DNA from: Bacillota bacterium
GTDB taxonomy: Bacteria; Bacillota; Clostridia; TANB77; CAG-508
Direction of reading: 5' to 3'
Length of the DNA stretch: 64,000 bases
Assembly: GCA_963929525.1 (NCBI GenBank)
Contig: CAWVJB010000010.1
Coordinates: 1,302 to 65,301 of the forward strand
Each line of letters begins with the position of its first letter. Position 1 is the first letter of the stretch. The notes beneath the pieces are model-generated. The model was not told the DNA's origin. It was given only the letters and a program-made list of their open reading frames with translations, and ran no database searches. The translations under genes and the position numbers were made by a program. Positions 1-9,042 of this stretch are shown piece by piece.

Positions 1-1224
1 TTTACTAGAAATTTCTATCTTTTAAATGATTTTGAATATGTATTTTTATCAAGAGATTCTGCTGAATTTTATGATAAAGATTTAAATAAAATAGATAAAA
101 AGACACAAAGTATTGAATGGGATGCTGCTAGTAGTGAGAAAAATGGCTATGAAGATTTTATGCTAAAAGAAATTCATGAGCAACCAACAGCCATTCGTGA
201 AACGATTGGTGCTAAGTTTAGCCAAAACTCAAAATGTGAATTTGATGAATTAAACTTCACAAAAGAATATTTATCAAGTTTAAATAAAATCTACATTGTT
301 GCTTGTGGTACAGCTATGCACGCTGGATTAGCAGGAAAAAATATTATGGAAAAACTTTGTAGAATTCCAACTGAAGTAGATATTGCTTCTGAATTTAGAT
401 ATAGAGATCCATTAATCGATGATAAAACATTATGCATCTTTATTTCTCAATCAGGAGAAACAGCAGATACCATTGCTGCATTGAAATTATCAAAACAAAA
501 AGGTGCAAAAACACTTGCTATTTCTAATGTTATTGGAAGTTCTATTACAAGAGAAGCAGATTATTCTATTTATACACATGCTGGACCAGAAATTGCAGTT
601 GCTTCTACAAAAGCATATACTTCACAAGTTGTTTTAATAGTTATATTAGCAATTTACTTTGCAGAAATACTAGAAAAAAATTCTGAAATGTTATATGAAT
701 TGAAAAAAGAAATTTTAGACTTACCAAGAAAAATTGAAGAATGTCTAAAATTAGAAAATGTTGTTAAACAATTTTCAAAGAGAATTTATCAAGAAAAAGA
801 TGTTTTCTTTATTGGTAGAGGTATTGATGAAACAGTTGCCAAAGAAGGTTCTTTAAAATTAAAAGAAATTTCCTATATTCATTCAGAAAGTTATGCAGCA
901 GGTGAATTAAAACATGGACCAATTGCTTTAATTGAAAAAGATGTAACCGTTGTAGGCATTATGACAGAACCTACTTTAGTTGAAAAAACAGTTAGTAATC
1001 TTCAAGAAGTGATCACTCGTGGAGCAAAAACTTTCATTATTACTAACCAAAAAATTGATAAATCTATGTTTGATACTGTACTAGAAATTCCAGAAACTAT
1101 CCCATATATCTCACCAATCTTATCAATTATTCCTTTGCAACTATTATCATACTATATTTCAAAGGAAAAAGGCTTAGATGTAGATAAACCAAGGAATTTG
1201 GCAAAATCTGTTACGGTGGAATAG
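1..1224 (+). CDS. glmS: glutamine--fructose-6-phosphate aminotransferase, C-terminal SIS domains (5' end outside window)
   Basis: Frame 1 is open from base 1, so the listed ORF starts at an internal Met. Motifs CGTAMHAG, SQSGETADT, GPEIAVASTKAYT and the C-terminal KPRNLAKSVTVE are typical of the GlmS isomerase domain. Confidence 0.9.
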   Translation, partial: FTRNFYLLNDFEYVFLSRDSAEFYDKDLNKIDKKTQSIEWDAASSEKNGYEDFMLKEIHEQPTAIRETIGAKFSQNSKCEFDELNFTKEYLSSLNKIYIVACGTAMHAGLAGKNIMEKLCRIPTEVDIASEFRYRDPLIDDKTLCIFISQSGETADTIAALKLSKQKGAKTLAISNVIGSSITREADYSIYTHAGPEIAVASTKAYTSQVVLIVILAIYFAEILEKNSEMLYELKKEILDLPRKIEECLKLENVVKQFSKRIYQEKDVFFIGRGIDETVAKEGSLKLKEISYIHSESYAAGELKHGPIALIEKDVTVVGIMTEPTLVEKTVSNLQEVITRGAKTFIITNQKIDKSMFDTVLEIPETIPYISPILSIIPLQLLSYYISKEKGLDVDKPRNLAKSVTVE

Positions 1225-1314
1225 ACCATAAAAATATACATAGAAAAAAGACCATTTTCAAATGATATCATAATCCTAAAAAATAGAAATTTTTGAATAC
1301 CAACTAATCAAATT

Positions 1315-1356
1315 AGGAATGAATATTGTATCATACAAGATTCATTCCTTTTTATT
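1315..1356 (+). terminator. Rho-independent terminator after glmS
   Basis: 10-bp stem AGGAATGAAT / ATTCATTCCT followed by TTTTATTT. Confidence 0.6.
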
Positions 1357-1419
1357 TGCTTTTTAACCTTGTGTGTTTATTAAATTTGTTTTGATTATGG
1401 TGATATTTTTGTTCATGCT

Positions 1420-1680
1420 TTATCCTATTAGTAATTTTACAATAATTAAACAAATCACTCCAGGTAATCCTAATAATCCTATTATGAGACTGTTAATAAT
1501 ATTTAAACCTATATGAAATCCAAAATTAGCACCAATTAAGTTAATCACATATATAACAAATCCTCCAATAATTGAATTCATAATAAGTTTAAAAATCTTT
1601 TTCAATGGGACAATGAAAATTCTTCCAATAATAAATATAAAACAGATACAAGCCAAATATGTAACTATATTTAAATCCAT
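1420..1680 (-). CDS. bofA: pro-sigmaK processing inhibitor BofA
   Basis: Small two-TM protein ending GLLGLPGVICLIIVKLLIG, colinear with B. subtilis BofA as I remember it. GGAGG lies 6 nt before the ATG at 1680, so the longer listed ORF (to 1767) is probably over-extended. Confidence 0.75.
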   Translation of the reverse strand: MDLNIVTYLACICFIFIIGRIFIVPLKKIFKLIMNSIIGGFVIYVINLIGANFGFHIGLNIINSLIIGLLGLPGVICLIIVKLLIG

Positions 1681-1747
1681 TTCTACCTCCAATTGATAAC
1701 ATATATATCTCTTACTCATTATTATGCTATCAATTGGACAAATAGAC

Positions 1748-2032
1748 CTATCCGACTTCTTCATCACTAGAAAGTCTATATTTTATATCATTAATCATAT
1801 CAACTGTAATTCCCTTCATTTTTGCTATTTTGATTAAATAATTTAATTTTGCTTGATTTGCTTTCATTTCATAAATATAATAATCTACTAAATCATCTTG
1901 TGCATACTCAAAATTTTTATCTACATTTTTTAATGCCTTTCGTGTTTTTATAATATTTTTAATCAATTCAATTTCCTTTTCTCTTTCCTCCATATCTTCT
2001 ATAAATGTTTCTTGAACAAAATTATCTTCCAT
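1748..2032 (-). CDS. DUF2508 family protein (YaaL-like)
   Basis: 94-aa helical protein directly upstream of bofA, as in the B. subtilis yaaL-bofA pair. GGGAGG RBS. Confidence 0.6.
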   Translation of the reverse strand: MEDNFVQETFIEDMEEREKEIELIKNIIKTRKALKNVDKNFEYAQDDLVDYYIYEMKANQAKLNYLIKIAKMKGITVDMINDIKYRLSSDEEVG

Positions 2033-2105
2033 AACTTTCCTCCCATTTTTCTTGTTCTAATAGTATATTCAATTATCTTGTTTTTTATACTAACTAAAAT
2101 TACCA

Positions 2106-2213
2106 AAGGTTGCCAAAAGGGACGTGTTAAAATGGCAACTTTAATACAATTTAAAAATTAATTATTTTTATTTATCAAAGTTGCCATTTTAACACGTCCC
2201 TTTTGGCAACCTT
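2106..2213. repeat. Rep-A inverted doublet (REPIN-like)
   Basis: Perfect 36-bp arms, AAGGTTGCCAAAAGGGACGTGTTAAAATGGCAACTT (2106-2141) and its reverse complement (2178-2213), around an AT-rich spacer. Each arm is itself a hairpin (GTTGCCA...TGGCAAC). A second copy lies at 13680-13797. Confidence 0.9.
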
Positions 2214-2317
2214 ACAACTATTAAAATTTAAACAAATTTCACTAAAACCCTTGTTTTTTTCAGTATTTTGTAGGATAATATATATGTATGATTTTAGATT
2301 TTGAAAGGATATTTTAA

Positions 2318-4645
2318 ATGAAGCTTATAGATAAATTTTTAAAGAAACTAAATGTAAATAGAAATACTTTTGCAACATATATTTTAACATTATTAACTGT
2401 ATATTTAGCAGTAGACCGAATTGTTGAAATGCTTTTGATGATATTTACAGGTGTATCTTATTCTTATTGGGGACCTATACAATATACATTAGCTTTGGCA
2501 TGTCCAATTTTTGCTTTCTTATTTTCAGGAAATTCCGAATTTGCGACTTCCAATATGAAAAAGGTTGCTATATTCTATGTATATGTCATTGGATTATATG
2601 TGATTGCCATTTCTATGTTTACACAATGGCTAAATATGGGTGCTTGGTTATTACTATTATCTGTTCCCGATTACGTAGAATTAATTACCGATTTTTCTGA
2701 TATTGTAAAACCTGCATTTATTAGTATTTCCCTTTATTTGCCACTAGTCACTATATTTCCATTATTCAAATGGTTATACTTTGGTATTAATGATAATTTA
2801 GATCAAATCCGTTCTATTTGGGACTATAAAGGAATTAACTTATCTGATCCAAACAAGGATAGAGGAATCTATACTTGTGAAGTTTTCTTATGTACAGATG
2901 ATGACTATGGAACAACAATCACCATTCCAGAAGTTTCTAGATATTTATCTTTATTCGTTTGTGGTGGCTCTGGAACAGGTAAAACTTCTTTAATATTTGA
3001 ACCAATGATTGCAAGAGATATTGAAAAAAAGTACTTTTTCAGAGAAGTTTCTAAAGAAATGGGATTTACTGCATTGAAAACAGGTATTGCACATTTGAAA
3101 AGACCATATGATAATGATTACTTAAATCAAAACTTTAAATTAGAAATGCTTGCACCATCTGAAGGTAAAGAAGCTGTTTTTAATGCTTATATGAAAAAAA
3201 TGATATTAGGCTCATTAAATGGAGAAAATGTATATAAAAATTTAGGATTAGAAATTATGTCTCCAGATTATGAATTGATTGACCATATGACACAAGTTTG
3301 CGATAATTATGGATTTAAATATAATATCATTGATCCATCAAATCCTAATTCTATGGGATTAAATCCTTTTGTATATGATGAACCTTCAAAAATAGCCGTT
3401 ACTATTTCTTCTGCTTTAAAAGCTATGTATAATAACGCTCATGAAGAAGTTGAAGATGCTTACAGAGAAGATTTTATTATTCAAGCAATTGAAAATTTAG
3501 CCATTTTATTAAAAGAAATGTATCCTAGAATGAACGAAGGTGCTCTTCCTAATATGGAAGATATGCTAAAAATGTTTACAAATTTTGAATTAGTCGAAAA
3601 AATGTGTGAAATTTTAGCACATGATGAAGAATTAAAAGAAAAATATGCTATACAACTTTCATACTTCAAAAAATGTTTTTATAAAAATGGTCCTGCCAGA
3701 GAGAGAACCGAAAAAGATATATATGCTGCAGTTACACAATTAGATAATCTTTTAAGATTACCTGGTGTAAAATCAATATTATGTAATCGATTTCATAATA
3801 TTGATTTTGATAAATCTCTTGCAAATGGTGATATTACTTTTGTATGTACCAGACGTGGTGATTTAGGCTCATCAACACATCAAGCATTTGGATTATTCTT
3901 CTTAATCTCAATGCAAAATGCGGTTTTAAGAAGACCTGGTGGAGAAAATTCAAGAGTTCCTAACTTCTTGTATGTTGATGAATTCCCTGACTTTATTTGT
4001 AAAGCAACAGAAGCCATGTTTACAATGTACAGAAAATATCGTGTTGGAAACATTATTTCTGCTCAAAATTTAGCACAATTAGATACACCTAAATCAAGAG
4101 AAAATTATAAAAATACAATTCTTGCAAATTGCTCAAATAAAGTATTTACAGGTAATGCTGTTATTGATGAATTAAAATGGTGGGTTGCAGAATTTGGTTC
4201 ACATAGAGAATGGACCTATAAGGTAGATTTAGATACAGATAAAATGTCTTATACAAATAAATTAGGTGATGCAAAATGGGCATATGTTGATTACTTTACA
4301 CCTGGAAAACTACAAGGAATGCTTACTGATAAAAAATGTGCTTATAAAGTAAAAGATATTGGTGGAAAATTAATGGTTGGACCTGGTAGATTTAATTACT
4401 TAGAATCTAAATATAAAGAAAAGCAAAAAATTAAAATATTTGACTTTGGTAAATATTCTGATGGCGTTACTACTGCAACAGAAGACGATACTTCTACTAA
4501 GAAAAAATTTGATTTAAAAAATCTTGATTTTAAAGATGAAAGAGATGAAATCAATCCAGTACAAACAGACACCACAGATTCAAGATATTTATTTAATAAC
4601 GATGATGCTGTTGTTATTAATTTTAAAAGAAGTGAAAAGAAATAG
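2318..4645 (+). CDS. membrane-anchored P-loop ATPase resembling type IV coupling proteins (VirD4/TraG/TraD-like)
   Basis: The N-terminal ~170 aa contain several hydrophobic helices. Walker A is FVCGGSGTGKTS (about 2955-2990). FLYVDEFPDF is followed by SAQNLAQL and ILANCSNKVF, the motif order of T4CP C-terminal modules. GAAAGGA RBS. The family call is from motif memory, not a search. Confidence 0.55.
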   Translation: MKLIDKFLKKLNVNRNTFATYILTLLTVYLAVDRIVEMLLMIFTGVSYSYWGPIQYTLALACPIFAFLFSGNSEFATSNMKKVAIFYVYVIGLYVIAISMFTQWLNMGAWLLLLSVPDYVELITDFSDIVKPAFISISLYLPLVTIFPLFKWLYFGINDNLDQIRSIWDYKGINLSDPNKDRGIYTCEVFLCTDDDYGTTITIPEVSRYLSLFVCGGSGTGKTSLIFEPMIARDIEKKYFFREVSKEMGFTALKTGIAHLKRPYDNDYLNQNFKLEMLAPSEGKEAVFNAYMKKMILGSLNGENVYKNLGLEIMSPDYELIDHMTQVCDNYGFKYNIIDPSNPNSMGLNPFVYDEPSKIAVTISSALKAMYNNAHEEVEDAYREDFIIQAIENLAILLKEMYPRMNEGALPNMEDMLKMFTNFELVEKMCEILAHDEELKEKYAIQLSYFKKCFYKNGPARERTEKDIYAAVTQLDNLLRLPGVKSILCNRFHNIDFDKSLANGDITFVCTRRGDLGSSTHQAFGLFFLISMQNAVLRRPGGENSRVPNFLYVDEFPDFICKATEAMFTMYRKYRVGNIISAQNLAQLDTPKSRENYKNTILANCSNKVFTGNAVIDELKWWVAEFGSHREWTYKVDLDTDKMSYTNKLGDAKWAYVDYFTPGKLQGMLTDKKCAYKVKDIGGKLMVGPGRFNYLESKYKEKQKIKIFDFGKYSDGVTTATEDDTSTKKKFDLKNLDFKDERDEINPVQTDTTDSRYLFNNDDAVVINFKRSEKK

Positions 4646-4734
4646 AACAATAGAAGGCTTTTTTAAACACTTTTCTGTTCATAACATTTTAAAGCGCGCA
4701 TCATTGTTCAGCACCAAATTTTACGTTATATATA
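4645..4734 (+). repeat. Rep-C module, truncated copy
   Basis: GAACAATAGAAGGC...ACATTTTAAAGCGCGCATCATTGTTCAGCACCAAATTTTAC aligns with the 5' half of the copies at 10380 and 19359. It starts on the stop codon of the preceding gene. Confidence 0.75.
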
Positions 4735-4832
4735 ATAAAAAAAGACTTACTTTTTGGTTTCCGTACAATTTTGTAAGTCTTTTTTATTCTTTTTGCTATG
4801 ACTTTATTTTAACAAGATATATTTAAAAATTA

Positions 4833-5687
4833 CTATATCGTTAATCCAATCACTTCTAATATAATACCAGATAATACACCAATTACATATAACAAAACTG
4901 TAATTTTTATATTTTCTTTGATTCCTTTATTAATTCTAAATAGCACAGCTAATCCAACTCCTGCACTAACTAATAAACCTGCAATCATCGTTCCAACAGA
5001 TATAATATCTTCTAAATACATTTGGGTAATAATAACTGATGAAGCACAATTTGGAATTAATCCAATGATTCCAGATATGATTGGTCCTAAAATTGGTCTA
5101 TTCAACATAAATCCCGCTATTGTTTCTTCCCCTATAAAATGAATAGCCAAATTAATGATAAATGTAATAATAACTATAAAAACAAATATGTTAACTGTAT
5201 GTTTTACTGCAGACTGAAATATTCCATGTTCACAATGACAATGTTCTTTCTCACACAAGTCAATGATTTTTTCCTTATCCTCTTTTTCCTTATGCTTTAA
5301 TCTTATAGCAAAATCTATCAAAAAACCTGCAATCATACCAATCGCTAATTTAATTGCTAATATCTTAATAATAACATCAATCTCTACTCCTTCTGATAAA
5401 AAAATAGGTAACATCTCATCTGAAGTAGATAAATAAACAGCTATTAATGTTCCCAATGTGATAACTCTTGCAGCATATAAATTAGTAGCAGAAACAGAAA
5501 ATCCACATTGAGGAACAATCCCCAGTAATGCACCAAAGAATGGACCAAATTTTCCCGATTTTTTAATCGTTTCTTTTGTTTTTTCTTTTGTCTTATGTTC
5601 TATGTATTCCATTAACAAATATGTTAAAAGTAAAAAAGGAATTAATCTTATACTATCTTCAATTGTATGTTCTAATATTTCTAACAT
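4833..5687 (-). CDS. multi-TM putative metal permease (ArsP_2 / putative manganese transporter-like)
   Basis: GALLGIVPQCGFSVSATNLYA and YLSTSDEMLPIF motifs, a central Cys/His cluster CEKEHCHCEHG, and a GGGAGG RBS. Confidence 0.55.
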   Translation of the reverse strand: MLEILEHTIEDSIRLIPFLLLTYLLMEYIEHKTKEKTKETIKKSGKFGPFFGALLGIVPQCGFSVSATNLYAARVITLGTLIAVYLSTSDEMLPIFLSEGVEIDVIIKILAIKLAIGMIAGFLIDFAIRLKHKEKEDKEKIIDLCEKEHCHCEHGIFQSAVKHTVNIFVFIVIITFIINLAIHFIGEETIAGFMLNRPILGPIISGIIGLIPNCASSVIITQMYLEDIISVGTMIAGLLVSAGVGLAVLFRINKGIKENIKITVLLYVIGVLSGIILEVIGLTI

Positions 5688-5790
5688 CTTTACCTCCCTT
5701 TTGTATGATATATACTAACATAAATTTCATAAAATTTCAACTGAAATAAAGAAATTGAAAAGAATCCGAAATGATTGGAAATATTTTCCT

Positions 5791-6081
5791 TTTTGTCCAA
5801 TTGGGGACGTTTCTGTTTGGGACATTTTTTAATTATTAAATTTTTTAAAAGCTATTGTATTAAATTTTATTCATTACTCGGCTAGCATTGCAGAATAAAT
5901 AAATTCTAAAATTATTAAGCAGGCGCTTCTCAAAGAGAAATTTGAGATTTTCCTACTTAATAATTTTAGAATTTTTAATATTCTTCCATTTGCATTCGTA
6001 ATATCATAAATTTAATACCTTTTTTTAAAAACTGATTTGCATAAAAATGTCCCAAACAGAAACGTCCCCAATTGGACAAAA
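5791..6081. repeat. Rep-B inverted doublet with long structured spacer
   Basis: Arms are TTTTGTCCAATTGGGGACGTTTCTGTTTGGGACATTTTT (5791-5829) and its reverse complement (6043-6081). The spacer contains a further palindrome, AAATTCTAAAATTATTAAG...CTTAATAATTTTAGAATTT. A second copy lies at 56221-56317. Confidence 0.9.
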
Positions 6082-6726
6082 TTATCTTCTTCTATATCTT
6101 CCACAAAAGCAACCTGTTCTCCCATTATTTGCATTATTAGGAACAACATTAATTTTAGTTGTTATTTCATCCCTATTACAAGAACTGTTGCCATTGTTAT
6201 TAACAATTCTGATAACACCATTAATTGTATTAGCTGTATTTATATTATTATTGTTATTACATTCAAAACCATAATTGTTATCATCATTACAACAATAATT
6301 TCTTCCATTGTTATCACTACTAATAGTAAGTAAATTAGTGGTATTTTGATTTGCACCACTACTATTGATTGTCAATAAATCACCATTTGCATTATTCGAG
6401 CAATTACTACTGATTGTTAGTAAATTATTTTCGTTAGTATTATCATTGTTATTACAGCAATAATTTCTTCTACAACCATTATGATTATCATTTTTACCAT
6501 ATCTACATATAAAATCAATAAGCCATGCTGTTATATAACTAATGAATGTATATACCAATGTGGCTACTAAAGCAATCAGATTTCCGATAATAAAAGTAAT
6601 CAGCACACCTATTACAAATATAATACCTGCCACTAATGCTGGACATTTTAAAATTTTTTGTAATGCGATGGAAAATATGATAACGGCTAATGGTATTGCA
6701 AAAAATATGAGTAAAATTGTATTCAT
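6082..6726 (-). CDS. membrane protein with Asn/Cys-rich repetitive C-terminal domain
   Basis: AAGGAG RBS 8 nt before the ATG. Three hydrophobic helices are followed by about 140 aa rich in N and C, with repeats NLLTISS / DLLTINSS / NLLTISSD and RNYCCN twice. No family recognised. Confidence 0.6.
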   Translation of the reverse strand: MNTILLIFFAIPLAVIIFSIALQKILKCPALVAGIIFVIGVLITFIIGNLIALVATLVYTFISYITAWLIDFICRYGKNDNHNGCRRNYCCNNNDNTNENNLLTISSNCSNNANGDLLTINSSGANQNTTNLLTISSDNNGRNYCCNDDNNYGFECNNNNNINTANTINGVIRIVNNNGNSSCNRDEITTKINVVPNNANNGRTGCFCGRYRRR

Positions 6727-6818
6727 AGATTTTTCTCCTTTTTCTTTTTACTATATTTTATGCATAATCCATCTGGTTTGTTCATACAATAACTGACTTT
6801 TTACTATTATAGATAATA

Positions 6819-7610
6819 TTATGTAATTTGTTTTTCATTTTCATATTCTACTTTAACTAGATATAATCCTTGTGGTGGCAATGTTTTTCCAGCATTTTCC
6901 CTTTTTTTAGATTCTATGATAGTTTTTATTTCTCTAGGTTCTATTTTTTCTAATCCTACGTCTACAAGTGTTCCTGCCATAATTCTTACCATATTATACA
7001 AAAATCCATTTCCTGTTAATTCTATATAAATTCTTTCATTTTCGGCAAGTATTACTTGAGCTTTATAAATTGTTCTTACACTACTTTTACTACTTGTTCC
7101 ACTTGCTTTAAAAGCTTTAAAATCATGTTCTCCTTCAAAATATTTCACTGCTTCCTGCATTTTTTCTATATTTAATTTGAGCGGTATATGGGTCTCCAAA
7201 TTTCTATAAATTGCTGTTCCATATGTGGAATTATTAATAATATATCGATATGTTTTTCTTTTACAATTTAATCTACTATGAAAACTGTCTTCTACCTCTT
7301 CTGCTGATTTTATAATAATCGACTTTTTTAAATTAGCATTTAAAGCTATTGGAAATTTTTTAATTGGTAAATTCGAATTGGTTTTAAAATTAGCAACTTG
7401 TCCAAGAGCATGAACACCTGCATCTGTTCTTCCTGATGCTATTAAATCTACCTCTTCTCCTGTTATTTGTTTAATTGCTTTTTCAATTTCTCCTTGAATA
7501 TTTAATTTTGTTGGTTGTTTTTGCCAACCATTAAAATCTTTTCCATCATATTCAATAACTAATTTTATATTTCTCATAACTGAATTTTCCTTTCTTAAGT
7601 TCTCACTCAT
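6819..7610 (-). CDS. truA: tRNA pseudouridine(38-40) synthase TruA
   Basis: IEYDGKDFNGWQKQ and GRTDAGVHALGQV motifs. The real start is probably the Met at 7577 (MRNIKL), which has an AAAGGAAA RBS. Confidence 0.9.
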   Translation of the reverse strand: MSENLRKENSVMRNIKLVIEYDGKDFNGWQKQPTKLNIQGEIEKAIKQITGEEVDLIASGRTDAGVHALGQVANFKTNSNLPIKKFPIALNANLKKSIIIKSAEEVEDSFHSRLNCKRKTYRYIINNSTYGTAIYRNLETHIPLKLNIEKMQEAVKYFEGEHDFKAFKASGTSSKSSVRTIYKAQVILAENERIYIELTGNGFLYNMVRIMAGTLVDVGLEKIEPREIKTIIESKKRENAGKTLPPQGLYLVKVEYENEKQIT

Positions 7611-7725
7611 TTTTATAACTGCTAATGGTTCCTTAGATTTTGTAAATTTGAATTTTAGTATGATTCATTATTTCATGTTAAATATTACCCATAATATATT
7701 AATAAAAGTCGCTATATTGCGACTT

Positions 7726-8673
7726 TTATTTCTTCTTTTCTTCCTCTTCTTTTGCTTTTACTTCTTGTTTTTCTTTATGTAATTTTTCTCTTATTTCTTT
7801 TATTTTATTTCTTCTTTCTCTTTTTTCAACTGCAAATCTTTTCGTCACAACATTACTGATTAATATTTTTTTCAAAGCATCTTCACTAACATCTGCAATC
7901 AATGTACCATCTTTTGCAATAGAAATTTTTCCAGTTTCTTCTGATATAACGATTACGATACTATCAGACTCTTTTGATATTCCAATTGCGGCTCTATGCC
8001 TTGTTCCTAATTCTTTAGCTATATCATTATCATCAGCAAGTGGTAATACACAAGCTGCAGCTGCTATTTTATTTCCTGATATAATAACAGCTCCATCATG
8101 TAAAGGTGTTTTTGGTTCAAATATATTAACCAATAATTGAGGAGATACATCAGCATTCATTGGTATTCCACTGGCAATAACATCTTGAATTTTAATATCT
8201 CTTTCAATCACAATTAAGGCACCTATTTTGCTTTTTGACAATTCTACTGCTGCAATCACAATTTTATAAATATCTTCTTTTGTTTTGGTTGCTAAATCTT
8301 TATCAATTCCAAAAAACTTTGTGAATTTATTTGTTCCTAATTGTTCTAGTCCTCTCCTTAATTCTGGTTGGAATATAACAATAATGGCAATTACTCCCAG
8401 ATTCATAATACCTGTCAAAATCCAATTTAAAATTTGTAAATTAAACAACCCACTAAACCAAGTAATGACAATTAATAATACAATTCCTTTTATTAATTGC
8501 CATGCTCTAGATCCTTTTACAATTTTAAAAAAAGAATATATTAAAAAAAAGACAATTGCCAAATCAATGATTAATGTTATTAGCTCAAATGGATTTTCTT
8601 GCAACGATTTTATGTATCCTACAATATTATCTGTATAAAAATTTTCCCAATTCATTCCAAAATCAATTATCAT
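7726..8673 (-). CDS. cdaA: diadenylate cyclase CdaA (DisA_N domain), three N-terminal TM helices
   Basis: GALIVIERD, PLHDGAVII and GTRHRAAIGISEx motifs, with a Lys/Glu-rich C-terminal tail. Confidence 0.9.
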   Translation of the reverse strand: MIIDFGMNWENFYTDNIVGYIKSLQENPFELITLIIDLAIVFFLIYSFFKIVKGSRAWQLIKGIVLLIVITWFSGLFNLQILNWILTGIMNLGVIAIIVIFQPELRRGLEQLGTNKFTKFFGIDKDLATKTKEDIYKIVIAAVELSKSKIGALIVIERDIKIQDVIASGIPMNADVSPQLLVNIFEPKTPLHDGAVIISGNKIAAAACVLPLADDNDIAKELGTRHRAAIGISKESDSIVIVISEETGKISIAKDGTLIADVSEDALKKILISNVVTKRFAVEKRERRNKIKEIREKLHKEKQEVKAKEEEEKKK

Positions 8674-8692
8674 ATTTTTACCTCTTTTTTTA

Positions 8693-8836
8693 CTATATCA
8701 TTAATGAATAAATTAATGTTGAAGCTGTCGCAAGTATCATTAGTATTGCTAGAACTCCAGCCATAACTTTTACAAAAATTTGTCCTTTATCATAATTTTT
8801 TGTTTTTTTTACTTTCTCTTTGTTTTCTTTTTTCAT
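8693..8836 (-). CDS. 47-aa small membrane protein (not in ORF track)
   Basis: Sequence MKKENKEKVKKTKNYDKGQIFVKVMAGVLAILMILATASTLIYSLMI. AAAGGAAG RBS 9 nt upstream. A basic N-terminus precedes one TM helix. Confidence 0.45.
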   Translation of the reverse strand: MKKENKEKVKKTKNYDKGQIFVKVMAGVLAILMILATASTLIYSLMI

Positions 8837-9042
8837 TTTCAATTCTTCCTTTCTCATATAATATGGAAAATCTTTTTCAAATCTTGATTTTCTTTATTAA
8901 TATTTTACACAATCTTAAATTTAAAAGCTTACCTATATATTATATCATTATTTTCTTGTTTTTTGTATAGTTTTTGATAAAAATTTTATTTTCTATCATA
9001 TTTTTGGTTAAGTCTGAACTGTAACTATTTTTGTCTACTTAT

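Noticed and set aside
1-160. Looked for the glmS ribozyme.
   Set aside because: The window begins inside the glmS coding region, so the 5' leader where the ribozyme would lie is outside the sequence.
1681-1767. N-terminal extension of bofA in the listed ORF (MMKKSDRSICPIDSIIMSKRYICYQLEVE).
   Set aside because: A GGAGG RBS precedes the internal Met at 1680. BofA proteins are about 85-90 aa, and the extension overlaps the end of the yaaL-like gene.
6037-6333. ORFs 6037-6333 and 6047-6274 on the + strand.
   Set aside because: They lie antisense to the low-complexity Asn/Cys-rich region of the 6082-6726 gene, which has a strong RBS, and they start inside the Rep-B arm.
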